A stretch of 62,426 nucleotides of DNA, counting the filler. It is 22 parts of 22 records of this genome, joined end to end, with 100 filler letters (N's around TTAATTAATTAA, not from the genome) between each part and the next. Parts side by side here need not be neighbours in the genome. Positions count along the whole stretch, not along the records: positions 43,121 to 46,985 come from SRR16133337_70428; positions 47,086 to 49,252 come from SRR16133337_70509; positions 49,353 to 52,976 come from SRR16133337_70653; positions 53,077 to 55,902 come from SRR16133337_70901; positions 56,003 to 58,207 come from SRR16133337_71017; positions 58,308 to 60,321 come from SRR16133337_71418; 16 more parts are not named here. The stretch is one strand, 5' to 3'. Positions 46,976-60,421 of this stretch are shown piece by piece. The notes beneath the pieces were generated by a model. The model ran no database searches, was not told the origin of the DNA, and saw only the letters and a list, made by a program, of their open reading frames with translations. Within the stretch, counting starts at the first letter, position 1. Every line of letters starts with the position of its first letter. A program made the position numbers and the translations under genes.

Positions 46976-49900
46976 TTTTTGTTTGNNNNNNNNNNNNNNN
47001 NNNNNNNNNNNNNNNNNNNNNNNNNNNNNTTAATTAATTAANNNNNNNNNNNNNNNNNNNNNNNNNNNNNNNNNNNNNNNNNNNNTAATTTTTGTGAGCA
47101 TAACTCATTTTTTAATATTGAAATTTCATATATTTGCTCTAAGTCAGCAAAAAGTCAAAGTTTTTTACTGAAAATTTCAGTGTATGCACTCTGAAATACT
47201 GCGGATCTCGTGGAAATATTGCTTGCCTTTCAAACCCTCTAAAACATTAAATATATTAATTTTGTGAGCATAACTCATTTTTTTAATATTAAAATTTAAT
47301 ATCCTGAACGTGTGGCTGGTAGCTGCTTCGGAGTTCCTTGAAATTATTCTATGAAACATAACAAACAATGTTTAAAACCAAAAGGTTGATTTTACAATGT
47401 ACACATTATGATTTATTGAGATTTAATACAAATAAATTCACAGTTGCATAACCCACATTGTTACACCTAAAGCATCACACAAATGATCAACTTTTCTTGC
47501 AACCACGTTTTCTGTGTTTTTTTATTGTGTTTGGGGTAACTTTAATGCTTTTCGGTGAGCTTTTTAACATTCTCACATACAAATTTTCTTCTGAATGCTG
47601 TTGTTTTTGTTGTTTTGTATGTGTTGTTCCGTAGCTCGAAGTTTTGCAGAAGCTTTGAAAACGTGTGGGGAAGCGAAATGCGAAGCAAACAATGCGGATA
47701 GCGCTCTGTCGTTGGTGGTGTACATAGCGTAGTGTTTGAATACTGTTGGTGGCACTTACGAGCAAAACCAAAACAACTCTCTATCACAATGCATTGGCCG
47801 CAATCGAACATTTATCAACTGTATTACGCGCACGTTGTTTCCAGGCATCTTTTTCATTTTTCGAACGCGCAGAAAACCGTGTTACAATTTGTTTTTCTTG
47901 AATAAAAAATCAAGTTTCGAAAAGTAAGGTACCGCCATCATTCTGTTAACTATCAACTCTCAAATTTGTTTTGGTAGACTTTTTGTTTGATTTCCCAAGT
48001 TTGACACCATCAAATCCTGATTCAAATGCAATGATGTCAATTTCGGTGCGAAATCGATCGGGATCACACATGGCCAGAGCTCAACCTGCTTGCAAACAAA
48101 GAACGGTTTCACACCCAACACACTCGGCGAAAAACCTCAATTATTGAAGAAAATACTGATATTGCTGCAGCCAACGATCTAAGTCTAGCACTTGTGATGC
48201 TCAACTAATAATTAAATTTGAAATCTTTTTTAATTTGCCTTTACTTTGATTTTTCTCTCGTTTTATCATAACTCTTAGGTAGGCCGTGAACAAACTTTAT
48301 TTTTTTTGAACATTCCTGTGTCATTCCCTGCTTCGAGTTACGGTTGGGGTTGCGGGAGGAGTTTCCCACTGGCAACAGCGCGCTGCATTCGCCCAGTGTG
48401 AGAAAAAGTGACGTCAATAGCGGCTAGTTCTTGACTGGTGGATGTTCGTGTAGCGCTCAGCACAACTGGAACAAATTTAATTAATTTGGCAATTTCTTTC
48501 GTTTTCTCTTGCACGTTCAAGGTACTGGAAGGGCTGGATGTTGGAGGCATTTGGGGGGGGGGTGGAGAGTGGAAGTGCGGAGAGTGTGGGGAGATGTGTT
48601 TTGGAGGTTTTGAACTTTTTAACCGGTGGGACATTTTCATCAAGCCGGAGGCGCAGAAGCAAGCTGATAATTTTAAATCTAGTGAAACCTGTGTGCGGGG
48701 TGACTTTTTCATAGTGGTGGGGTTGAAATACTTTGGATCGTAAATTAAAAAACCAAATCACAAATTCATCGAAAAACACAAGAAACCCCGATAATTACGT
48801 TTTGAACAACAAAATTATTTTTTGGATACTCATCTACAAAGATATAAACGTCATGAGAATTAATTTATTGATTGCCTGTGTACCATGAATAAAACAAAAC
48901 AAACAAAAATCAAATTAATTGTTCAAGATATCTTTGTATGTTTTCGATTTTTGTCTGGTCGTCGTATGGTTGGTGTGTGGCGTAGACCAACTTTCAAAAG
49001 CCAGTTTCGCCCGTTTCGCCCGTTTGCCCCGAAAAACACACTTTTGTTCATTTCCACATGGATTGCTTTGTTGGGAGAGGTTGGATTTTTTTTCGAACTT
49101 GACCAAAATGAACAATGCCATCATGGTAATTAACTGTGCACTTGCCGGTGTGGAATTCTTTGTTGCTCAGCTTGTAGAATAACTTTTGTTGGACCAAGTG
49201 CTCATTTTAATGAAAAAAAAAGTTATTTCAACTGAAATTAAGGAGCCCTAACNNNNNNNNNNNNNNNNNNNNNNNNNNNNNNNNNNNNNNNNNNNNTTAA
49301 TTAATTAANNNNNNNNNNNNNNNNNNNNNNNNNNNNNNNNNNNNNNNNNNNNGGGAAATATGAGCGCTGTACGAAAGCAAACAAAAGTTATTGCTCGAAA
49401 ACGATGTCATTTCTTTTCAGATTTCAAGACAACGAACTACTGCGAAATTTGTCAACACATTCAGAAAGTGAAATTTTTCTTTTGTGAGGTAGGGCAACTA
49501 CGTTTTACAATTAAATCACGGTTTGAAATATGTGTTGTTTTTCATTAAAATGCTGAATTTCCACGTGTCACATGTCGTAAGTTTTTCACAACTATTTTTT
49601 TCACTAAAATCGCTAAAAAAATTTAGCCCGTGAATAATCTGAAACCCACGTAAAGTCTCCAAATATGAGGAAATGTGCACATCACGTTGCCCAAAAACGC
49701 ACCGTTCAATCATTTTTCGGGATAAAATTTTTTATTGCATGTGTCGGGCAAGAAATGAAAATTGTGAATTTCAATTTTGGTTTGAAATCGTTCTGTGCCC
49801 AAGTATTTTGAGAATTCATAATTTTTCTGCCAGGACCTTTTCAATAGTTGCATAAGCTGTTTTGGGGCATCTTCCCTACTATTCCAAAAGCAGCTTGGTT

Positions 49901-50724
49901 TTGAAAGAAAATGTAAAAAATCAATCCGGATATTTTTTTTCGTTTTCAGAAGAAATTACAAGTCGAATGAATTTTGCCCAAATCTATGACACACCCTCCT
50001 AAACAGCGATGGGTGATATCTGATTGGCTTTTTTCAAAGTGAAAATGTGTGTTTCTTTGCTGATTTTTTCGCCCCAAAATATTGGGAAATATGTAAAGGG
50101 CCTGGAACGATAATTTTAGATGTTTTTGAAGATTGAAAATGAAAAATTTGTTATCAGAAATCGGATTCTAAAACTATATTAGCAAAAAGCACTGGGATTA
50201 AATCGAGGAAATGTTCATTTTAACGAAACCATATAGGCGTTTTTGTTTTCAAGACTAAAATTTACCGTAAACCCGAACAAGTTTGAAGTACAAAAACAAT
50301 AACGCAAAATAAGAGCTTGTAGCGACACAAACATAATTTTAAGTCGATGGACAACAGTGGACGAAATTAAGATTTCATAAATTGAATTGAAAGCATTGTT
50401 CATTTAGGGGAAAAAAATGTGAATTCTATAGAAATCGTCATTCAATTACGAATTTTTATGAATCCTAGTAGAACCGAAAATCCCATTTTTCATTTTCAAT
50501 ATTCAAAAATTTTAATTTTAGTTGTGAATCCATCTTTGCTCAAAAATGGATTATCACAAAACCCAAACAAACCCACCGTTTTTCAGAATTCAGACAGATT
50601 CCCTGAACCATAACCACATTTTCCCCCAAATGTTCGTGTGTGAAACGAAGAAAAATGTTCCATTTCCCGGAAATTTCGCGAGAAAAATAATTCCTTGAAA
50701 AATTGTGAAATCCAAAGAACTTAC

Positions 50725-51411
50725 CAATTGTTCGGTTTGCATCGCGTCCAAAGTTGTTGAACACCTCTCTCAGTATCATCGGTTCGATATGGGGGAACAT
50801 TTGACAAACTTGAGGGAAATCGCTCATTGGAGACCGAGCGACGCCCATGAGGCTTCTGTTAGGAGGAGTACAAGGGCCACCTGAATAAGCAAATAACATC
50901 ACATATGAAAACGTTCCGTACTTCACCACAAAAAAAATTTAATTTAAAATTCAATCGTTTTTATCAAACAATCTTGTCCAGAACAAAAACGAACAGGTAA
51001 AATAAAGCGACGAACAAGAGTCAATATCGTACGAATTTTTGGGTCAGGGACGTGAAGAGGGAAAATTTGCATATGGAATTTTGGGTTATCAAAATCGTAG
51101 CCAGAGATCTGAAATGTGCAATGTTTTCACTTATCCATGATGCACACCACAATAAAAAGTCATGAAAAACGGACACCAGATAACCACAAACCCCATATAT
51201 AAAAAAATCCGAGGTCATAAAAAATGCGAAAAAAAGTGCGAGGAAAAAAGTGGGTGAGGTACTCACCAACTATACCCGCGAAGGAAGGAGAACTATTCGG
51301 TGAAGATGATGGAGAAGACTTATAACCATTCTGTTTCCTGCTACCACGACGTCTGTGTCTTTTGTTTTTTCGTGGTGTTGTAAAAGATGCGTTAGAAGGG
51401 CCTTGTTGCAT
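50725..51411 (-). CDS. Partial spliced gene with a CUE (ubiquitin-binding) domain
   Basis: Phase-1 exon 50880-50725 encodes FPQVCQMFPHIEPMILREVFNNFGRDANRTI (MFP motif). An upstream Ser/basic-rich exon ends at G|GTGAGT near 51268. Confidence 0.6.
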
Positions 51412-53076
51412 AAAACGCTAAAACAAAAACAAACTCCACCCATCAACAAAGGAATGAGGATAGTTGTTTTTTTTCATTGGACCATTATTAATAAATTGAC
51501 CGAGGGGGAATTTCACTCCCTCCATTACACCCAAGGAAATTTACCCTTTGTGGAAAGGCAATGGGGCACAGGGCACTGCCAATGTGGAAATCTACATGAA
51601 AAAAATCAGAGGCGCAAAAAGGTTATACCTTGGAGTGCCTGGAATCTTGTTCGGACATGAGTATGGTAGGTGGGGGGTTGGTCTTTGTGCTGGTTTAGTG
51701 TCGTCCGCATTAAAATGAGATATTGATTTCACTTGTTCGTTAAGGATTTCACTTTTGTTCATTTTATGAAACTAAATTTAGAGGCTTTTCAAATTTTCTT
51801 AATGTTCAGTTCTAATCTGTTTCAGTTGAATAAAACAAAATTCCACGAATTTTCTGGAATTGGAAAGCCAAACCTAAAACCCTGGACGAGCAAATGTGAA
51901 AGCACGATCGGATTTTCATCGTTCTCTCCTTTGCACAAATTGATGACCTGTGGAGTGAGACGTCGAAAGAAAGCGGTGAGCTGGGTGGTTGGAATGAATA
52001 CGCGAATATGTCCTTGAAAAGGGAGCTTAGCTTTTTGTGTCGTCGAAATCGTACGAAATGTACTTTTTGAAAATACTACTTCTTGAACTGTCTAAACGGT
52101 CTCTAACAACCATTGTTTAGCAATTGCAATTGCAAAAGCATTGTAGCAATATTAAAAAAAAAAGTACATATCCCACTCCTGGGCGGTCTTTTTAACGGAA
52201 TTTCGCACGATAAACTCTTTCTGAAAGTACCTGGTGGTTTTGAGCTCTTCTTGCCATTTTTCTGTAAGTTTTTCTCAGAATTTCAGAGGTCTTATCTGAA
52301 TTTCACAAACAAACACAAGCAGTTTGATTCACTAACGCACACAAGATTTTTGCGGCACTTTAATAGAAAATATTGCCAATTGTGCCTGTACGCGTTTGTT
52401 CTTGTTGAAAACATGAAAACTTTCTTTGTTCTTGGGCATACACAAATTTCCCTTATTCTTGTCGTTCAATTTGAGAGCTATGCCTGTGGCTGAATTGTAT
52501 TTTCCCAGCCAACTTTTTCAAATTTTGAATTCGTGTCTGCTCTGTCGCCTCTGGGAGCATTGTAAACAGACAAGAGTATGAGCAAATGCACGACTGACAC
52601 GTGAATGAAAACTGTGAACATTTGACATTTTATGCACACCACGTTTATGGATTGTATACATTGAATTCAAAATGAATTTTCTGAAAATATTTTTTTGGAT
52701 TTTTCTGACTTCGGCTCTATGAAAAAGTTAAGTCCGTTTCGCTGTGGAAATCGTGAGAAATCGCACTGGATGTCATCATGGCATGCTCACTTGGGTTCAA
52801 CATGATTTTTAAGCGAATTATGTCTAAAATATGCATTCATTGTGTCGTTTCCTCCCTTAAAACTTGGCTGCCAACCTTTTTTTGGAAAGATACAATGCCT
52901 ATTCACTTTTTGGTATTTTCGCGAATAAATCACATATTTTTGTCATGCAAAGCAAAGAAAACCTCAAAAGGCATTTNNNNNNNNNNNNNNNNNNNNNNNN
53001 NNNNNNNNNNNNNNNNNNNNTTAATTAATTAANNNNNNNNNNNNNNNNNNNNNNNNNNNNNNNNNNNNNNNNNNNN

Positions 53077-53833
53077 CTAGATATTGAAAAGTTGTATTGT
53101 CCTCATTTGAGGTAAAAACACCCGATATAACAGCCGCTTCAACAGTTGTTTTTGCTAAAACAGGATCAACATCAGATAATAAGATACCCATTCTTAATTT
53201 TAAAGATGCTGCAAATTTCTTCCATTTTGCGATGTCTCCTCCATAAACATTGTCTGCGGTTCCAAAACTTCCATTGTTTAGATCTAAAGCGTCTATAACA
53301 GTAGTGATTCTGGAAATCAGGTCTTTATAAATAATAAGTCCATCATCGTATTTTGGAGAGGTGTTTTCTATGTCTAAAGCTTCACTATAGGGAATATCTC
53401 CAAAAGTTTCTACCAATATACTATAGGCAAAGATCTCCAAAAGCTCAATAATTTGGAGTTTATTTGCTTTTGTCAGTTTATCTTCCTCTAAAGGATAGGT
53501 AGTTTTTGAGATTACTTTAGAAGCCTCCTCTAAGTCTTCTAACACATCTTTATACAAGACTCTCCAATGAAGTTCAGGAATGGTTCGAATTACTTGATCG
53601 TAATTACTTTGATCGGTATAGGTAGTCTGTTGTAGGTACTGTGCCCAAAGTTTTGTACTGTTAACGTTTACATTTAAATCGACGATTTGGTCGGCTAAAT
53701 TTTTCTGTGCTCCTGTAAACAAACTTTCACCAGAAACTACAGAAGGATCTTTTAGGTTCTTATTCAGGTTTTCCAAATCGCTAAAACAAGATACCATTAG
53801 GACTGTTGTTAGGATTATAAATATTTTTTTCAT
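53077..53833 (-). CDS. SusD/RagB family lipoprotein (3'-truncated)
   Basis: Lipobox LMVSC, FGDIPYSEA, WKKFAASLKLR. Directly downstream of SusC. Confidence 0.93.
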
Positions 53834-53845
53834 TTTTTACGCGTT

Positions 53846-55902
53846 TTAGAATTGTAGTTTTACATTAAATCCAAAGTTTCTTGTAGTAGGCAAGGGACTT
53901 ATAGAAACCCCTTGAATATTACCAGAACTCAAACCTCCTTCAGGATCTTCATAAGGAATGTTTTTATGAAGAATCCATAAATTAGAACCTGTTAAACTAA
54001 GAGAAGCTTGGGTTAGCGAAATTTTACGAACCACACGTTCAGGAAGATGATAAGTAATTGCTGCTTCACGAAGTTTTACATAACTAGCATCATACACAAA
54101 AGCTTTATTGGGAAGACCTCTACGATAGCCAAAAGCACCAAATCTATCAGCTCTTATTCGAGTTGTATTTGTTGCTCCATCTTCATTAACTCCAGGATTG
54201 ATAAATCCACCTCCCTCTTCTAAAGAATTTCTTACGGGATTTCCTAAATCATTGATAAAAGCAGTTTCTTTATAAAGACCCGTAGCAAGACCATAGTATT
54301 GATCCAAGGAAAAGAGGTCTCCCCCTTTTTGAATATCAATTAAAAAACGTAAAGAAATATTTTTATAGTGCAGTTTGTTTGTGATTCCCATCAACCAATC
54401 TGGATTGGAATTTCCAATAATTTTATCTGAAGTTGTGGTTTTTATATATTCTCCACTAACAGCATCTACAACTTTTTTTCCATTAAGATATGTATAATCT
54501 GTACCATATATAACACCGTAAGGTTCTCCTATACGAGCATTTATAGTAACTCCTCCTTGAAAATCCCCCAATTGTAAATTATTGCCAATTTCTTCATCTA
54601 AAGAAAGAACCTTATTTCTGTTTCTTGTCCAGTTAGTACTCAAAGACCAAGAAAAAGATTTTGTTTTAAGAGGTACTGCATAAATAGAGAACTCTATCCC
54701 TTTATTTTCAATTTCTCCAGCATTTAAAACTTTATAACGATATCCTGTTGCCTTTGAAACAGCAACTTCAATTATTTGATCTAGAGAATTTGTTTTGTAA
54801 TAGGCAAAATCAAACCCAAGTCGATTCTTTAAAAATTTCATTTCCAAACCCGATTCAACTCCTTTTGTTATTTCAGGTCTTAAATCAGGATTCTTTTTAG
54901 TGTCACTTACCGAAGTGCTGCTCTCTACAATAGGGATATTTACCGTATAGGTATCCTCTAAAAAGTCAAAAGGAGCGTCATTGGAAACTTCAGCGTAGTT
55001 AACTCTAAACTTCCCTAAAGAAAGCCAATCACTTTCGATGAGTTCAGAAAACACAAAACTACCAGAAACGGATGGATAGTTGTAAGTATTGTTGTTTTTT
55101 GGAAGCGTAGAAGAATGATCTCTTCTAAAAGTAGCCTCTAAAAATAAAAAATCTTCATAACCTAATGAAGCACTTAAATAGATCCCATCAACTCCTTTTT
55201 TGTCGGCAATTTCCACGGGGTAAAGAAGCAAGTTTACACTGTTTTGTAGGGAATATAAATTAGGGACGTTTAAGCCACCACTGGTAGCAACATGAATAAA
55301 TTCAAATTTTTCTCTTCTAATATTTGTACCAAGAATCCCTTTTAAGTTGAATTTGTCACTTAAATCTTTATGAAAATTAAGCATCAAATCATAGTTAGTC
55401 TCGGTTTTTTGAATATTTTTTCTCCCATAACCAGCGCTTACTTCTTCTCTGTCATTATTTCCAAATACAATTCCAAATTCACCTGCGACACTACCAATAG
55501 CCCTTCTTTCTTCTTGTAATTCAGAATAGGTATCTGTTGCTACTCTAGCGGTTATATCTAAACCATCCGTTAATTTATAGTTTAAAGAAATATTTCCTAT
55601 AAAACGATTTCTAGAATCATTTTGATAATTCTCATAACGCGCCCAATAAGGATTGTCCCAAAAAATAGGAGGTGCACCAGGATCAGAAGAAGCAGGATTC
55701 CAGCTTATATTTCTGCCCGTTGCAAAATAAATATCTTTTTGTTGTTGTAAGTCAACATTTGTTTGCCACCATTGTTTAAACATTCCTATAATATTACCAC
55801 CATATCCTGTAGAATTACGACCTAATGCATTTGTTTGAATATAGTTTGCAGAACTTGTAACCGACAGTTTTTTATTCATTTTAAAATTTCCACCAAATGA
55901 AA
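53846..55902 (-). CDS. SusC/RagA TonB-dependent transporter (5'-truncated)
   Basis: Beta-barrel motifs RRDHSSTLP, YPSVSGSFVFS, NPDLRPE, NAGEIENKGIE, YDASYVKLRE, and a terminal F. Confidence 0.95.
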
Positions 55903-56002
55903 NNNNNNNNNNNNNNNNNNNNNNNNNNNNNNNNNNNNNNNNNNNNTTAATTAATTAANNNNNNNNNNNNNNNNNNNNNNNNNNNNNNNNNNNNNNNNNN
56001 NN

Positions 56003-58073
56003 AATCAGCCAAGTGCTGTTCCTACTCCACAAGTCACTGCCCCTCCTGGAGAACCTTTGGTCACTGCAGGTATTGTTTTCAAATTAGTTCTGGTTTATGT
56101 TGTTTGTCAAAAAACACATTCACTAGACTGTTTGAAAACAAAAGAAAAAAATGCTCACTTGAAACAAATGCTCACAGAAGGGAAATACTATGCAACGACT
56201 CTGTTGTGGCAAAGAAAATATATATTGCGTTTTTCAAGTGTGTGCAGTGAATAATGAAATGAATTTTGCGAAATAGATTTTATCTATTGCAAATTGTGAT
56301 GGGCTTTATTATGTTATTAATACTGCATTGAGACAAGTTTTCAAAAATTAGAGTTTCTTGAATATCGTTAAAAATAATGAAATGGATATTATTTTCTAAT
56401 AAGCAAGCATCTTCAAATACATGTAACTTTGCTTGTAATGACAGTTGCTAACTCGAAATACATTGTTGTAAGATAGAGCTTGTCATGAAAGCAAGTTTGT
56501 GCAATTGATTTCTTTGCCACGATAGAGTTTTGTTTTCGCATTTGTGTTTCTTGTTTGAACCGAATAGAATCAATTCTAAACTGTTTACCGTTGTTCGATC
56601 GCTTTGTTATTTTAAATTTATTTGTAATTTTTCATTTGTAGAACATTTCAAACCCTATGTACGACTAAGTTGCCAACACACCCCAGCCAAATGTAGACAC
56701 AACCAAGGGTGTACTTATTTCGTGCGTTTTACTTAACCTCTTCTCATATTTCATTTATGTCATTTCTTTTCCAATCATTTGAATCGAATTTTTGAATTTT
56801 CATTACAAATTCCAATTTCGCAAAGAAATAAAATATGTATAATATGTTTTGCAGTCCCACGTTCGATTAAATATATGTACATTGTATCAAAGTGCTTTTG
56901 TGAGCGATGTGGCACTCCCTCCGTTTTATTTATGTGTCTACTTAAAATCGGGAAAAGATCAGAATACGACAAACAGTTTAAATTCCTTTTTATTTTGCAT
57001 GTTTCAATTCGAACAATAATTTATGTACAATCCGTAGAATTATACACGCGATTTGTTTCGTTAAATAGCTCCTACTCCTATTCCAACTCAACTCCCGACT
57101 CCACTCATTACCCAACTACCGTCTGCTCAACCAACACCTGAGGGAACATCACTCCCCAGTCTTCTTCCTGCACGTAAGTCCTCCTGTGATGATAGTTCAA
57201 AAAGATTTAATATTTTATGTTGAACATTCGTCATGGAGAGGAAATTAATAATGCGATATTTGAATTGTTATATTTATATATTTGTTGGTGATTCTATGAG
57301 AAAAAGAATTGAGTTTTTCGATGTTATATGAATTTGAAACTTGTTGTTCTTCTTTAAAATATTTGCTCAATGTCATCGATCAGGCAAAAAAATTAAAATT
57401 TTATTTCGTCGTGTGGTGGATGCTTACACACGAAATATTTTACATGTGTGATTAGTATTTACATTCTCGATTGCTTGGTATATGCCATTCAAACTATAGA
57501 AAATAAATGGCTTTTTCAACAAAGTTCCACTAACTAAGAAACAAAAAACGAATGTAAACATACTTTCTGAATTATCAGTGGGCGTCACAAATACAAAGAT
57601 CTCAGAAAAGACTCTCATTTCGTTTGTTAACGTTTGCGTAGCAAGGAAACATATTGGTGCTTTTGTAGATACAGTGCATGTGGTATTCAAACGCGCTGAA
57701 AATCCGTTTGTGTTTTAGTATGTGTTGTTTTTTGTTACTGACAAAAGGCATTCATTTATACGAAAAGTGCACATACATTCTTGTGATGTCTTCGCTCTAT
57801 TTTTGTGTCGGTTTGGGACTTAACTGGGACTTAGTTCGATTGTTTGTTTAAAACCAGAATCCCACTAGTTATCGTAATATTTATGCTTGTTCACGACACA
57901 AATTGTTAATTTTTTGTGGTAAGAAATATAATCCAAATTCAATTTATGTGGTGGTATTGTATTAGCAATTGGAACTCCGATAGCAACGAATGCTCCTTCT
58001 CCTTCCACAACTCAGTTGCCAACGCCACTGTCTACTCCAATGGTTACGAACATACCGACGGGCGATCCAGCAA
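56003..58073 (+). CDS. Partial spliced mucin-like Pro/Thr/Ser-rich protein
   Basis: Phase-1 exons <56003-56069, 57069-57173 and 57966-58073 with GT-AG boundaries. They encode PT/PS-rich units. Confidence 0.7.
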
Positions 58074-58307
58074 GTAAGTTGTTTTTGTGGTGAATCCGAT
58101 TCAGCGGATCAATGTGTTTCCAATATTTTCCTCGTGAAAATAGTTTTTGAAATTTTGGCCCCTTCACCAAGATTTTCTTGTCAGACGAACTTGACTTTCA
58201 AAAGCATNNNNNNNNNNNNNNNNNNNNNNNNNNNNNNNNNNNNNNNNNNNNTTAATTAATTAANNNNNNNNNNNNNNNNNNNNNNNNNNNNNNNNNNNNN
58301 NNNNNNN

Positions 58308-58337
58308 AAATTCGGGTTTCTAAGGGGGTGGAGTATA
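58308..58337. repeat. TATA-ended palindromic element, right arm (copy F)
   Basis: AAATTCGGGTTTCTAAGGGGGTGGAGTATA at the contig start. Confidence 0.88.
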
Positions 58338-58426
58338 GACATTTAAAATTTAGAATGCTGATGCAAGCCCTAAAAATAACAGTAACCCAAAAAATTTAAC
58401 ACGAAATACTTAAAAAACAAATAATT

Positions 58427-60220
58427 ATGCAAACTATAAAAGGAGGAGAATTCTTACTAAAAGAAACAAAACCTATAGATGTTTTTAGCACAGAAGATTT
58501 TACAGAAGAACAACAAATGATGAAAGCCTCTATTCAAGAATTTATAGATCGAGAAGTTTGGCCACACAAAAATCGTTTTGAAAAAGAAGATTATAGCTTT
58601 GCTGAAGAACTTATGAACAAAGCTGCAGAAATGGGACTTTTAGGCATCTCTGTTCCTGAAGCCTATGGCGGTATGGGAATGGACTTTGTTTCTACAATGC
58701 TTGTTTGCGATTATATTTCTGGAGCTAGCGGTTCTTTAGCAACTGCCTATGGAGCACATACAGGAATTGGAACCATGCCCATTGTATTGTATGGGTCAGA
58801 AGCTCAAAAACAACAATACGTTCCTAAACTAGTGTCTGGAGAATGGTTTGGTTCTTATTGTTTGACGGAACCAGATGCAGGAAGTGATGCCAATTCAGGA
58901 AAAACAAAAGCCACCCTTTCTAAAGATGGAAAACATTATAGAATCAACGGTCAAAAAATGTGGATTTCAAATGCTGGATTTTGTCGTTTGATGATTGTTT
59001 TTGCACGTATTGAAGAGGATAAAAATATATCTGCATTTATCGTAGAATACGATGCTGAAAATCCAAATGGAATTACTCTAGGCGAAGAAGAACGCAAACT
59101 TGGTATCAAAGGCTCTTCTACACGTCAAGTTTTTTACAACAATACCTTGGTACCCGTAGAAAATATGCTTTCTGAAAGAGGAAAAGGTTTTAAAATAGCC
59201 TTAAACTCTTTAAATATAGGACGTATAAAATTAGCGGCTGCCTGTTTGGATCAATCTAGAAGAACAATTACAGAAGCCCTTAAATATGCCAATAAAAGAA
59301 AACAATTCAACAAAACGATTGCCTCTTTTGGTGCCATCCAATATAAATTAGCAGAAATGACAACAGGAACCTATGTTTCTGAATCTGGAAGTTATAGAGC
59401 GGCAAAAGACATCCAAAATAAAATTGATGAGCTCTTAGCTTCTGGAAAATCACATCAAGAAGCAGAATTGAAAGGAGTTGAAGAATACGCTATTGAATGT
59501 GCTATTTTAAAAGTATATGCTTCCGAAAAATCGCAATATGTTGTTAATGAAGGCATTCAAATTTTTGGAGGAATGGGGTTTTCTAAAGACACTCCTATGG
59601 AAGCAGCTTGGCGCGATGCTAGAGTTAGCAGTATTTACGAAGGAACAAATGAAATTAATAGATTACTTAGTATAGGAATATTGCTAAAAAAAGCCTTTAA
59701 AGGTGAATTAGATTTGATGACTCCAGCAATGACAATTGCCAATGATTTGATGAGTACACCTTCTTTTGATACTCCAGACTATTCAGCGTTGTTTTCTGAA
59801 GAAAAAGAAATGCTTTTAAAATTAAAAAAGACTTTTTTAATGATTCTTGGGAAAGCCGTTGAAACTTATGGAATGGAGTTGGAAAATCAACAACAAATAA
59901 TCATGGCTATTGCAGAAATTATGATTGAAATTTACATGGCTGAATCTACCCTCCTAAAAACTGAAAAACGTATCCATAAAACCACAGAAAAGGAGTGCCT
60001 GGAACAGATTGCAATGGCTAGATTAAACTTATTTAATGCCGTAGAAATCATCAATCGCAAAGGAAAAGAAGCTATTATTTCCTTTGCCGAAGGTGATGAA
60101 CAACGTATGCTGCTCACGGGCTTAAAACGTTTTACAAAATACACAAACTATCCAAATGTAATAGGATTGCGAAAAATAATTGCGGCAAAATTAATTGCAG
60201 AAAACAATTATTGTTATTAA
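58427..60220 (+). CDS. Acyl-CoA dehydrogenase (long, VLCAD-like)
   Basis: 597 aa. CLTEPDAGSDA, INGQKMWISN, QIFGGMGF, IYEGTNEI. Confidence 0.96.
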   Translation: MQTIKGGEFLLKETKPIDVFSTEDFTEEQQMMKASIQEFIDREVWPHKNRFEKEDYSFAEELMNKAAEMGLLGISVPEAYGGMGMDFVSTMLVCDYISGASGSLATAYGAHTGIGTMPIVLYGSEAQKQQYVPKLVSGEWFGSYCLTEPDAGSDANSGKTKATLSKDGKHYRINGQKMWISNAGFCRLMIVFARIEEDKNISAFIVEYDAENPNGITLGEEERKLGIKGSSTRQVFYNNTLVPVENMLSERGKGFKIALNSLNIGRIKLAAACLDQSRRTITEALKYANKRKQFNKTIASFGAIQYKLAEMTTGTYVSESGSYRAAKDIQNKIDELLASGKSHQEAELKGVEEYAIECAILKVYASEKSQYVVNEGIQIFGGMGFSKDTPMEAAWRDARVSSIYEGTNEINRLLSIGILLKKAFKGELDLMTPAMTIANDLMSTPSFDTPDYSALFSEEKEMLLKLKKTFLMILGKAVETYGMELENQQQIIMAIAEIMIEIYMAESTLLKTEKRIHKTTEKECLEQIAMARLNLFNAVEIINRKGKEAIISFAEGDEQRMLLTGLKRFTKYTNYPNVIGLRKIIAAKLIAENNYCY

Positions 60221-60290
60221 AATTTAAGAGACTCTATTAATTTGATTGGACAACGGAGAGGGTGTCATACTTGAAAATTTAACGAAGTTT

Positions 60291-60321
60291 AGAAACCTAG
60301 CAGGTTTTTTAAACCTGCTAG
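60291..60321. repeat. Second REP-like palindrome family (AAACCTxxxAGGTTT type)
   Basis: AAACCTAGCAGGTTTTTTAAACCTGCTAG forms nested inverted repeats at the contig end. Confidence 0.7.
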
Positions 60322-60421
60322 NNNNNNNNNNNNNNNNNNNNNNNNNNNNNNNNNNNNNNNNNNNNTTAATTAATTAANNNNNNNNNNNNNNNNNNNNNNN
60401 NNNNNNNNNNNNNNNNNNNNN

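Noticed and set aside
48350-48460. WW-domain-like segment (RHFFSHW...QWETP) on the minus strand
   Set aside because: It has an in-frame stop, lacks the first Trp and has no clear exon boundaries.
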